A stretch of DNA of 63,049 nt, counting the filler, from Reticulomyxa filosa (Eukaryota; Protista; Foraminifera), in assembly GCA_000512085.1 (NCBI GenBank). It is 26 parts of 26 records of this genome, joined end to end, with 100 filler letters (N's around TTAATTAATTAA, not from the genome) between each part and the next. Parts side by side here need not be neighbours in the genome. Positions count along the whole stretch, not along the records: positions 1 to 2,062 come from ASPP01005308.1; positions 2,163 to 3,658 come from ASPP01001112.1; positions 3,759 to 7,466 come from ASPP01004992.1; positions 7,567 to 9,766 come from ASPP01022700.1; positions 9,867 to 10,999 come from ASPP01038863.1; positions 11,100 to 14,388 come from ASPP01012468.1; 20 more parts are not named here. One strand, written 5' to 3'. The notes below the pieces were generated by a model, which was not told the DNA's origin, ran no database searches, and worked only from the letters and a program-made list of their open reading frames with translations. This document shows, piece after piece, positions 1-11,118 of the stretch; within the stretch, counting starts at the first letter, position 1, and each line of letters starts with the position of its first letter. Both the position numbers and the translations under genes were made by a program.

Positions 1-19
1 CCCCCCCCAAAAAAAAAAC

Positions 20-515
20 GGAACTTTGACGACTTCTTTTTGTTTGATAACCGTACGCCTGCCATGAAAGAATATGCGAAGGTTCACAACTGAACACACA
101 CTGTTTGCTCCTGCTATCGCAGTGAATATTGCGTTACTCAGCTTTTCTTGGAAGCAAAATTGAAAGTGCTTCACAAAGTCTTCACGTGTCACATCTTGTT
201 TTGTATTACTACCACTGTGTAAATCCATTATTTTGAAATAATCCTCATGCTGTCATTTGTTGGTATCTTATAAGGTCAATTGCTTTGGGAAAAGGAAAAA
301 ATAAATAAATAAAAAGATTAACTGCATCGACAAGGGCAACTACTTCCTTTTTGAATTCTTCTTCATTTCCTTCGTTCCACAGCTTCAACAATCTTTCCTG
401 GGTTTCGGGCTGTTTGTTTATTGAGATTGATTATTCCCGTCACACACACAAGAAAAAGAGCGGTCAAAAACTAAGAGCAACAAACTGTTGCAGGATTAGG
501 TGCTTGATGAGTCAT
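20..515 (-). CDS. Small spliced gene (5' part) with degenerate EF-hand-like motifs
   Basis: Manual splicing with GT-AG phase-0 introns (exons 515-486, 409-323, 249-~55) gives MTHQAPNPAT-PETQERLLKLWNEGNEEEFKKEVVALVDA-HEDYFKIMDLHSGSNTKQDVTREDFVKHF..., an F-x-x-x-D...V-T-x-E-D-F pattern. Not in the ORF track. Confidence 0.45.
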
Positions 516-1485
516 ATTTATTGATCACAAACTATGATGATTATAAAACTAAAAGAACCTTTGCCCTTCGTCTTCACTTTTAAACATATTATTTAGTAAA
601 AATACAAACGACAAGCTTCTTGAAGATTGTCAAGTAGTTTAAACAAATTTAGATTCGGTGATTGTAGAATGATCTTCATTTTCTAGTTCTAGAAGGAATT
701 CACAATTCTACTAAAGAGCCGAGCAAATGTTGCACAAAAAATAAAAGGGTAGCAAAACATTTATTGATTCATCAAAGGTTGCTTTACCTATGATTTAAAA
801 GAGTTTTTATCAAACTATTTCTTTGTCCTGAGCTCGAGATATTAAAAGGACCAATACGCTATTTGATTCGTGAGTATTATGTTTGTATTGTTGAGAATAG
901 AATGCTTCCAAAAATATTAGTAAGTCAAGAACCGGAGGACCATTAAGCATAAAAATGAAGTTTCGTACTTTACTCCGTCATTTTATCTTATTTTCTTCGT
1001 AAATTTTAAAAATCAGGAATTAAATGTCTGAAAACTCTTGATTTTTTCTGTTTCAATAGCATTAACATTGCTTCAATCTATGTTCGATATCATCGTTAAT
1101 ATCTTGTGAGTTATTTCTGTTGCTCAATGAACAACCTGGGAGAATAATACGTATTCTGACACAATCTTTTTTTGCTGTCTGCAACTCTGATATTTTAACC
1201 TTTTTAGCAACCCAGTGCTATAAACAGGTAAAATTTGCAACTTTGAGACATAAAAATGGATACAAAAAGGAAGAGTATACAAGACCGTCATAGAACATTT
1301 TTCATTTTCTTTTTGTTCATCACATCCTCATTGTTACTACATTGACAAGATTGTCTTGATATATTAGTATTGATATATTCTTTATTTAAATTTGATATGA
1401 CAAAGTATAAGCAATTAACAAAATGTTTGACAATATTTTTTGATGAAAATTCATGACATCAATAAAATAAGAACAGGAAAAAATT

Positions 1486-1570
1486 TAGAGCCAAAAAAAC
1501 TAGAGCAAAAAAAACTAGAACCAAAAAAAAAATCAGAGCCAAAAAAATTAGAGTCAAAAAATTTTTAGAG
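1486..1570. repeat. Degenerate ~15-17 bp tandem repeat (TAGAGCCAAAAAAA)
   Basis: About 5-6 imperfect copies of tagag(c/t)caaaaaaa immediately 3' of the 1579-1992 CDS. Confidence 0.6.
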
Positions 1571-1578
1571 TATCTCTT

Positions 1579-1992
1579 TCAGCTTATCGCCAACAAAGGA
1601 TATAAAAAGTTGTAGCCGATAGTAATAAAGACAATGCTAAAAAGCCAGCACAGACGAGAGAACGTGGGTTCAAAGCCGCAGATTTTAAACGGAGAATGAT
1701 CGATCAGCCCCTCCAAATACAAGTGTATGCCCATCTTTTCCAGAATTTGGGGATGTGACATACAACATCTCACGCTCGCAATGACGTTTGTTAATCGGTA
1801 CTGGTTTATGGTCAATGGCAGTATTAAAATAAGCCATACCCCCCAAAATACTACAAATTCACACAAATAGTGAGTAAATTCAATGTATTCTGTATCTTGT
1901 ACATGACAATCACCCTTTGTTACCCCTTCAACGATTGACGCGATAAACGTGAATACAGCTATGGCATTGAGGCAAAAATATATGACAATCAA
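1579..1992 (-). CDS. C-terminal exon of a multi-pass membrane protein; GRL/DUF3537 (7TMIC)-like terminus
   Basis: Three hydrophobic segments, ending ...HLYLEGLIDHSPFKICGFEPTFSRLCWLFSIVFITIGYNFLYPLL*. The 5' part is lost at the contig end. Confidence 0.6.
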   Translation of the reverse strand: MIVIYFCLNAIAVFTFIASIVEGVTKGDCHVQDTEYIEFTHYLCEFVVFWGVWLILILPLTINQYRLTNVIASVRCCMSHPQILEKMGIHLYLEGLIDHSPFKICGFEPTFSRLCWLFSIVFITIGYNFLYPLLAIS

Positions 1993-2062
1993 TATACTTA
2001 ATCTTTTATTTCCCTTTCTATTTTATTATTAATTATTTGTTATTATTATTATTATTATTATT

Positions 2063-2162
2063 NNNNNNNNNNNNNNNNNNNNNNNNNNNNNNNNNNNNNN
2101 NNNNNNTTAATTAATTAANNNNNNNNNNNNNNNNNNNNNNNNNNNNNNNNNNNNNNNNNNNN
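2063..2162. other. Artificial contig linker (N44-TTAATTAATTAA-N44), first of 25 in the window
   Basis: The same 100-nt spacer with stops in all six frames recurs at 3659, 7467, 9767, 11000, 14389, 16800, 18074, 20751, 26228, 30474, 32811, 36477, 37627, 39084, 40926, 42687, 43938, 45224, 48583, 52313, 56689, 57840, 59593 and 61747. Confidence 0.98.
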
Positions 2163-2405
2163 TCAAGTACATTTGCAAACATTCTTCTCCGACCAAATAC
2201 ACTTGTCCTGCATTTTCATGCTCACTGCATTGCAATTTCACTGCGTTGTTTGCAACTTGTTTGCAAATGCAACAGATTAAATGGTTTAATTTCTGTTGAT
2301 TATTTGTTAACAAAATCCAGTCTTTGTTATAACAGCCAGAACTAGAAAATGTCTCTTTTCACTTTCCACTTTTTTTCCATCTCTTTCCATGTTCAAGGAT
2401 GACAT
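2163..2405 (-). CDS. RING-like zinc-finger N-terminus (TRAF-type family), partial, one frameshift
   Basis: GCYNKDWILLTN...LICCICKQVANNAVKLQCSEH...VGEECL. The ATG at 2405 joins the frame only with one extra A in an A-run near 2357. Confidence 0.65.
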
Positions 2406-3758
2406 TATCTAGCCTTTTCTTTATTATGATTAAGAGTTTTTTTTTCTCCAAAAAAAAAGTTTTGTTTAAAAAGGGATAACACGAAACTATATTTTTATAA
2501 AGTAGTTAATATTATTGGACAGCTTTATTTATTTTTAATTTTCTAAAAAAGGAAATGAAAAATACAGCAAAAATTTAATCCCTTGCGAATAACAATAAAA
2601 ACGAGAATCAAATATTTGTTTATAAATCACATTTATTTAACATAAATAACAAAACGAATACAAGTGCAATTTGTAAATATCTATTTTAAATTCCTTGCTA
2701 TTTCCATTTTCTTAAAAGGGTACTTTGCAAACAGATTAATTTGTTGAAACGAAGATGAATAGTTAGTTCAACTCTGTTGCTTATCCTTTGTTTGTTTTTC
2801 AAATTTGATGGTAAATAATTCAATTTTTCTTTTTCAATTGTTTTTAACAAAATTGCAACATAAGTAATTATTGTCAACAGAGTAATTCAGCTGTGAAATC
2901 TTCAATAGACACAAAAAGAATAAACAATTGAATTGCACAATTTTTACTACCCAGATGTCAGTAGGACTTTTTTTAATCTGTTATGATATTGATTTCAGTT
3001 TTCCAACGAATAAGCAAAAATATTTTAAAAAATTATTCTCTTTCTTCTATATCATATTGCTATCACGTCACGCAATTGCATAACACCACCGATATCGACC
3101 TGTAATTCGGCATTACATTTGCGTCGAGTTCCACGTCCCTGTGGAAGTCTCCTTGGCTATGCACCATTTACATTCAAAGACTTTACAAAGTCTTTTGTTC
3201 AAAGTATTGTTTTTTTTAAGCATTTGATAAAATAATGCGCGAAATATCGACACAGCGAAGACAAGGATTAGATAAAAAGACAAATGAACATATGACATAA
3301 TGCATTTTTACAAATAGATTATTAATTCTCATAATTTTTTTTAGAACGATAGCTGCAAACATGTTCAATTTTTTTAAAGACTTGTTTAATTCAAAAGAAG
3401 ATTGAGAATCTTAATGTTTTATTTTTGGGAAACATCATCCCATCTTCATACAAAATCTTTTACGATAAAGCAATTTGAAAAAGAATTATACGAACTTATT
3501 CAACTATTTCAAATTAATTCATGAAAACATATTATTGAACTAATTTATTGCAATTATGTTTGCACAGTTTTAAATTTTTTTGTTTATAATAACTAACGGC
3601 TAGAACTAAAAAAGAATGCATTACAAAGCTTTTCCGTCAAAATTTTTTTGATAACCCCNNNNNNNNNNNNNNNNNNNNNNNNNNNNNNNNNNNNNNNNNN
3701 NNTTAATTAATTAANNNNNNNNNNNNNNNNNNNNNNNNNNNNNNNNNNNNNNNNNNNN

Positions 3759-3998
3759 AAGAGCAAGAGTAAAAGTGAGAGCAAGAGTAAGAGTAAAAGC
3801 AAGAGCAAAAGTAAGAATAGAGGCGACAAGGACAGAGAAATGGAAAAAGAAAAGAATAAAAAAAAAAGAAATGAGAATAGAAACAAATCTAAAAGTAGAA
3901 GCAGAAGCAGAACAAATAAAACTAAAAGCAGGAGTAAAAGTAAAAGTAGGGGCAAAGGAAAAAACAAATCTAAACTTCGAAGTTACAGCAAATCTTGA
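3759..3998 (+). CDS. C-terminus of a KS/RS-repeat (SR-related) protein
   Basis: Open frame from the contig start: KSKSKSESKSKSK...KSRSRSRT...RSKSKSRGKG...RSYSKS-TGA(3996-3998). Confidence 0.6.
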   Translation, partial: KSKSKSESKSKSKSKSKSKNRGDKDREMEKEKNKKKRNENRNKSKSRSRSRTNKTKSRSKSKSRGKGKNKSKLRSYSKS

Positions 3999-4351
3999 CG
4001 AATGTTTTATTGTTTTTAATTTTCAATGTGATACTAAAGTAAGATTTCATTGTGTCTTGAGTTATGATTTGAATCATTTTCCCGTTTTTTTTCTTGGTTT
4101 TTTTCTCTTCCTGTGGTAGTTGGACGCTTGCACGACAATTTCTCATTTTTTATATCTCAACAACCGTAATTAAAACGATTGCAAAGTCCTTGGAAGGAAT
4201 ATCCAAACTTGAATGAAGATTTCTTTACGAGATTTTTTGTATTTTTGCAATCTTTTCTATTGAGGCGTGACAAAGTGTGCCTGATGAATGCTAAGAAACC
4301 ATCCTTACCAGATCTTTCTCCCCTTTTTCAAAACGTTTGTTTTTTGTTGAA

Positions 4352-6418
4352 TTAAATACGACTAAAAAAACAGTTACTCTTCATTTCGTTTTCTCTTTCG
4401 TTTTTTGGATTCTTTTTTTTGGTTTGAAAACTTTGCTCAATAACAGTCTGTTTGAGGCAATTGCTTTGTGCAGTGTTTTGATTAATTTTGCAAAGCCAAA
4501 CCTTGTGAACACAAACTGTTAGTTTTTTGGAAGTTTCCAGCAGACTTTGAGAAACCCAATCAAATTCCATGTTTTTTTGCGTAAGCAATTGAGTGACATT
4601 TTTCTTACAAGTTTGGTCCACAGTGATTAAAAAAATGAGAGTTTGTTGACGAATATGTGAAAAAAGATGTACTGATTCACCAATATAAACGTAATGTGAG
4701 TTGAATCCATCATCAAAGCCGATCCAATACTCTCTTAGTTTCTTCTCACATTCTTTTCTTTGAAGTTTTGAGGATGAGCATTTTACTTCATCCACGCCAT
4801 CTGAAATAACCATTGTTGGGAATTCCCATTGACCGGCAAGCAAGCCTTTTTTATCACGTTTTATCATTAAGTATTCTTTGTCTTTTGCATCTATTTTCGT
4901 TTTATTCCACGCGCCATTAAAACAAAGAGTATTACACAACCAAATTATATTCAATCAATAATGGTGATATATTTTGTAACTATCACATTCAATCAACAAT
5001 GCAGCTACCATTTGATCTCTCATTTTATTCTTATTTTTTTTCAAAGGATACATTTCGACGCTTTTTGTTATTTTATTTTATTTTTTTTTACATTGTGTTT
5101 TGTAAAGTATAAGTTATTTATTTTATGTTGTTTGAAAATGTTACCAAAGTTCTTCAATGTCATTGCATGGCAGTGGTTGACACCATGCACATTGAGAAGA
5201 ATCTTGCTCACTTGCAGACTCGATTTTTTCTGACTGCATAATCGTTGTTGTCGGTTCCACTTTTGATTGGACCTGTCGATACGCCAAGCAATTGGATTGA
5301 ACAGGACATTGTGCGCAATTGGGTGACTTTGGAGTGCAAATGCATGCACCCAACTCCATTAATGCTTGATTCAGTATGCCATTGCTCGCATCATGTACCA
5401 GCTTTCCTTTCATTTGAGTGTTGATCAAGTCTGTGGCTAGTTTCCAATGGACCTTCAAAGGTGGTGATCCCGGACAAGCAATTGCTCGCAGTCGAGACAA
5501 TACGCGCACCACATTACCGTCCACAGCTGCTGCGGCGCTGTTATATACAATGCTTGCAATGGCTCCAGACGTATACTGTCCAATGCCTGGGATTTGTTGT
5601 AAGCCTTTCACATCTTTGGGAAACTCGCCTTTCCATTCTTCCACAATTTTTTGTGCACCCAAATGTAGATTTTTTGCGCGACGGTAATATCCTAATCCAG
5701 CCCATGTTTCGTTCACTTCCTTTTTTTTTTTTTTTTCAAAAGTCCGTTCTAGGAAGTTTCTTGAATTTAATTTTTCTGACTCATCAAAAACACAAAAAAA
5801 GATTTTACAGTTTATAACTTCCAACGAAGCACTAGCCAAAGATTGAACAGTTGGGAACTTGTTCATCCACTTTAAGAAATAGCTGATAACGGTTTCGACA
5901 CGGGTTTGCTGAAGCATGATCTCACTGACCCATACCGAGTAGGCGGTCATTGGAATACAAATATCTTTTTGTTGTTCGTCTGAGCTTTGACTTGGCTCAT
6001 TGCTCTCTTTCTGATCACTCTTGCCACCAAAGAATTTCATCAAATTCGATTGCTTGCTTATCTTGCGCTTTTTTTTTGGTGGCTCGTTGTCCTCGTCGGC
6101 ATTCTTTGCTTTCGAATCATCTTTTTCTTGATCAACCAGTGCTTCCTTTCCAAATGGCCCTTTATCTCCTCTTCCTCATCATTTATTATTATTTTTTTTT
6201 TTTGTGCTATTGCTTGTTTCAATTGCTCCAAAGAATAGTATTTTTTCTTTATCTTACCGCCACGGTAGCTTTCTTCTGTTCCGCAAATACCATTGCGTCA
6301 GACTTGTTCGGATCGCTTCAAGCTCAAAATCAGAGAAGTAATGATATGATACATTATGATCCCACGACATTCTTTTTTCATTTTTTAGGTCCACTTCCAC
6401 GTCTTGAGATTCTGACAT
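4352..6418 (-). CDS. MUTYH: A/G-specific adenine DNA glycosylase MutY/MUTYH (multi-exon)
   Basis: SYHYF...WYLRNRRKLPWR; AYSVWVSEIMLQQTRV; WAGLGYYRRA; HhH motif IPGIGQYT; VDGNVVRV; [4Fe-4S] motif CTPKSPNCAQCPVQSNC; CAWC zinc site; NUDIX-like GLLAGQWEFP and HLFSHI. In-frame intron at 5720-5818. The exact 3' end is uncertain. Confidence 0.95.
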
Positions 6419-6894
6419 CTTACGTCTTCCAGATTTTTGCTGAGGAAGTTTTTTTTCTTGTTGCGTTTTTTAAAATCTTCATTGTCAAAAGTAATAAAAT
6501 AATTCAAATTGGCTGCAAAACATATGATTTTGTCAATTGTTACAATTGGTGCTGTAATCAGTTTAGATAAAATTTAGAGAAACAATAACGACAACAAAAA
6601 AATTAATCAAAAGGGAACATGTTCGGCACCAATTGGTAAAGTTCATGAAAAGTTTTCAATCATTATTAGTCTCTTTTTGAGGCAGTTTACAATTTAAATC
6701 CAATTCATGTACTCATGCACTTACGTCGCGAAGGACTTTACACGCAAAATAAACTTTTAACGGTAAACACCAGACGACAAGTTTTTCTTTATTTTTGAAC
6801 AGGTGCAAAAGATAAACAATTTCAACGTGAAAAAATGCGGAAAATCTTACAAACTACAACAAAAATTTGTTTCACCCCTTTTTTTTGGAGCGGA

Positions 6895-7394
6895 TTATGG
6901 TTTTTTGTTGCCTGCTGCAGACTTTAGAGTATCGGCCATTTTCTTGTCTCTTGCCTTAATTTCAGCATCAGTGACACGCATTCCATTAACGATTTCTTTT
7001 GTTTTTTGGAAATATACACCTTCAATGGTGTTTCGTAAATCGAGTTCCAAGTCTTCCAGCATTTCACCCATTATTTCCAAGTGTGATTGCTTTTGGTCCC
7101 CAAAGGACTTCAGCGTTGCGGTCTGTATTATAAGTAGTACATTTTTTTTTTTGGTTGGTTTTGACTCGCAAACGACAATTATGTAAGTTGGACATACCTT
7201 TGAGGCTTGTTTCGTGAGCGAACCAGACAAATCAATATCACCCAATCCTTTCAATTGCAAAGGCATTGAGACTAATACTGTTGATGTTAGACGATATTCA
7301 TATGTATCTTTTTGGGCTTGGTTTTTTACTTCAAATACATGAACACTGCTCCATGAACCTTTGAATCCTTGTAAATCTTTATCACCTTGTGCCT
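6895..7394 (-). CDS. CAPZB: F-actin capping protein beta subunit, 3' exons
   Basis: GSWSSVHVFEV...YRLTSTVL...DLSGSLTKQ, intron 7123-7197, SHLEIMGEMLEDLELDLRNTIEGVYFQKTKEIVNGMR. Confidence 0.93.
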
Positions 7395-7580
7395 CTGTTT
7401 ATTAAAATTGAAACACACAAATAAAAATTATTTATTTTTTAAAAATCATTTTTTTTTTTTTTTTTTNNNNNNNNNNNNNNNNNNNNNNNNNNNNNNNNNN
7501 NNNNNNNNNNTTAATTAATTAANNNNNNNNNNNNNNNNNNNNNNNNNNNNNNNNNNNNNNNNNNNNAAAAAAAAAAAGAG

Positions 7581-7612
<32 letters not shown>

Positions 7613-8700
7613 GTGAAAAAAAAATGGTGATATGCGCATGAGCGCAGTATTCAAAGAATAAGATTATGTCGTTCTCGACAATGAGACGACATTGGCAATT
7701 TTATATTTGTTGTTTGTTCCGGTCACGGAAAAGATTTTTGATGAACCGGAAGTCGAAGTTCGGGACACTTGGACTTTTCAAGATTTTTGTTAATTGTAGT
7801 CTGGCCGGACCGATGGAATCACATGCAACTAATGGCATTGTCAATGGAGTTATTATTTTGATTGTATGTGTGGACGTTGTTATTTGACTTGACTATACAA
7901 CATCGTCAATACAAGAACAGACTAACCAGATGACCAAGACGACTTTCAAAAATACTCAATTCATTTCAAAGTCGGATAAAATTCAGTTTCACGACGTAAA
8001 ATTCGTTTAATTGGAACTACCTATGCAGCTGGCAATGATAACATTATTGGAGTTTTGTTTTGTGTTTTCTGTCTGTACAATAAACAACAAATAAATAAAT
8101 AAATATTTATACTTGTTAGCATTATTTATAATTGATTTTTTTTTTGTATATGCTAAACAGATTCTGCATAAAAAATGGCATCTATGCGGAATTGAAATCT
8201 TGCAAAGAAGACGCCTTCAATGACCTAGTGTTAAAGATTATTTAGTACATACAAGAAAAACAATGGTGAATGCAATTGTATAACAATAATAAGAAAGAAA
8301 AGAAATAATTGTGATTGAATGAAAAAACTTGGCTCCATTGTTTGGCTGATAATTCATCAGACTCTGTCCGCTAACGATTGACCCGAACGCCTTTAATCAA
8401 AACCATGTTCGAACAAACGCACGATTGGAACAGTTTGTTTCTTTAAAAGCTGCCATTGTAATTGATTTGGACGATTGGCAGACCTCTTCGAATAATTGAA
8501 TTTCTGGCCATTCACATTGACAAGACTGATCCAGATGCATTGAGTGGCTTGTACTTGGGTCATTACGACAGACGCCAGCACCGCTTCCAGTTCGTTCAAG
8601 CTTGCGAAGTCGACAACAAAGTGAAAATGATCCATGGCAAAATGTAGCGAGATAAAATTCATTGGAGTTAGCAAAATGATGATGTTGATGATCAATGGAG

Positions 8701-8793
8701 AAAGGGGCACATGATTGATAAAGGGGCACATGACTGAGAAAGGGGCTCATGACTGAGAAAGGGGCTACGACGGCGAAAGGGGCACATGACGGA
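8701..8793 (+). repeat. 19-bp minisatellite, ~5 units (AAAGGGGCACATGACTGAG)
   Basis: Units start at 8701, 8720, 8739, 8758 and 8776. Confidence 0.85.
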
Positions 8794-8849
8794 AAATTCC
8801 ATATCGTGGGGGGTTACCAACGGCGACCGTGGTAGGACCAGCACAAGAA

Positions 8850-9750
8850 GCAAAGCGTCAAAGTTGGTGGTCGTGTTCGTAAAGGTGTTGTGAAATGTGT
8901 TGGCGGACTGACTTTAGTGGCGGCGAGAAACGGGACCCGAACTCGATAATTGGCAGATCGATGGTTATGGTGGAAGAAATACTCCAAGTTCACGACAACA
9001 GTAAAAAAAGAATCTACTTATCTTGTGTTGTCATGTTTGTGCGTGTTTCAATACAGTCACCGAAAGCAATTTCGATGGCGAAGACAAGACGACAATACCT
9101 CCGCAAGAGCCATAACCGAAAACGCAATCCAAGATCGGAGACTACGTGAAGCTATCTCGAGGAAAAGTAGAAGTGTGGAAGTACATTGGAGAAATCGATT
9201 TGATGAAAGTAGATATCCCAAGTCGGAATTGGACACATAGAATCCTTACGGCGCAATGACACATCGTGAGGAAAAAAACATTTTAAGGCCAATGTATGTC
9301 GTGGCCATTTCACTCGAGAGGCTCAATTTCTCAAGGAGGGGCGACAAGAATCTCAAGTACATTAGTTATCCTCATTTTCCCGAGAGTGAAGTTATTTGCA
9401 TTGAATTAGATTTGTTCTTTTAGAAATAATTTTTTTAAAATATATAATGCTATGTTGTGTTTTCTTTATAGACGAATGGACTCCTGGGCTCATGATGGTA
9501 TGTACAACAAACACCACTACTTTCAGGTGTTATTTTTTTGTTTTTGTTGTGTGCAACATGTGTCTGAAGTCAAAAGACGTATATCAATCGAGAGTGGCTT
9601 TGGCTCGAATGTAAAATGTAGTGTCCAGTCGCATAGATACGTTTGTTAAACGAAGACCAATTGTCGTGGCTCAATCGATTTCGGAAGTGGAAACTAGATA
9701 ACGAAATGGAAGAAAATACAATATTGGACGACGGGTGCAAATTGGGAAAA
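8850..9750 (+). pseudogene. Decayed multi-CAP-Gly domain gene
   Basis: Frameshifted fragments: VKVGGRVRKGVVKCVG/TDFSGG/ELDNW; KIGDYVKLSRGKVEVWKYIGEID/ELDT*NPYG/KHFKANVCRGHFTR; IELD/AHDGMYNKHHYFQ. Confidence 0.65.
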
Positions 9751-10169
9751 AAAAAAAAAAAAAAAANNNNNNNNNNNNNNNNNNNNNNNNNNNNNNNNNN
9801 NNNNNNNNNNTTAATTAATTAANNNNNNNNNNNNNNNNNNNNNNNNNNNNNNNNNNNNNNNNNNNNATGCAGATCAACATATTTGGATGCAAATGCAAAA
9901 TTAAATATGGCAAGCAATCCCCATCATTTCTGCAACACTCGTCGTCCTTGCCCAATCCCATAGGTTTAACTAAAAAGCATGTTCTACGAGGAAACGCAAA
10001 GCGATAGCACTTGCAAGACCACTATTCTTTGATCGTCAGAGCTTCGTGATGACCATGTTCAAGCCATCACTGTACAGGATCTCTTTGATACTCCATATAA
10101 TGCTAACAAAAAAAAAACATATCAATTAAATAGCAGTCAAGAAACAAAGAAATAATCACTGTAAAATAG

Positions 10170-10528
10170 AGACTGGTGAAGCTTTGAGTGAAATAACAAT
10201 GCTGAATTTGCTTACGAATACGAGTACGAGCACAAGTGCGAATATAAGTGCAAATGTAAAGAGAAATATCAATGACTACATGGTGGGTAGAGAGATGATG
10301 CGGATGATAGTGAAGTTGGCGAAACATGTAATTTTGAAGACTTTGCAAAGTTTGCCAGACCCCACGCTTGACTTAAGAAGGCTCATGCAGGCGTTGGCAA
10401 TCGACACAAAGGCCCAAGACAATGCCAATTTCACTCTAGCCGCCCGGAAATCCAGTCCTTTGATCCATTTCTTATATCAGCTCTACAAATTGGATATTTG
10501 TCGTCGTTGTGTTACATATTCCATATAA
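10170..10528 (+). CDS. Hypothetical protein fragment (possibly pseudogene)
   Basis: ~115-codon helical-looking ORF; the flanking coding-like sequence contains stops. Confidence 0.3.
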
Positions 10529-11118
10529 TATATTGCATATATAAGTTTTATTTTTGTAGCATTTTGATGGAGAACATGTGCAATTGTGGGTGTTGATGAA
10601 ACAGTGCCCTTTATGTGGTCAAGATATTGACAACAATGCTGAAGAGCCACTGATTGCTTTGCTGTGTGTTTTGGTCGTATTCATATCATTGGGTATGAAA
10701 TTTTTTATTTTTAGTTTATGTAATGATATATAATACTTTATTTAAAGAAATGAGAGAACTAACTGCATTAGGTATTCATAAAGGTGTTAAATAAAAAAAG
10801 CAATATCAATGTTTACAAAAACGTGTCCAACATATTAAAGGATTAAGTATATATGACGATGAAAATGTAACTGTAACAACGAATACAAATATAAAATTGG
10901 CCAATAGAAAATCCATTTTGTAGAAATTCATCAAACGCAAAAACTTACCAAAAAGTTTTTTTTTTTTTTTTTTTTTAGAAAAACAAATATTTAAAAAAAN
11001 NNNNNNNNNNNNNNNNNNNNNNNNNNNNNNNNNNNNNNNNNNNTTAATTAATTAANNNNNNNNNNNNNNNNNNNNNNNNNNNNNNNNNNNNNNNNNNNNA
11101 AATGTATATAAACATAAC

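Noticed and set aside
2063-2162. Regularly recurring TTAATTAATTAA between N-runs, resembling a repeat array or CRISPR
   Set aside because: It is an artificial six-frame-stop concatenation linker; ORFs ending in XXX-LIN are artefacts, and synteny across linkers is meaningless.
3707-3967. Hydrophobic Leu/Phe/Ile-rich ORFs (3707-3967, 15951-16340, 51862-52227, 58862-59215 and similar)
   Set aside because: They are antisense or off-frame translations of A-rich coding repeats, microsatellites or UTRs.
7123-7197. Stop-free 3n introns (5720-5818, 7123-7197) as protein insertions
   Set aside because: They have GT...AG ends, interrupt conserved motifs, and removing them restores the family sequence.
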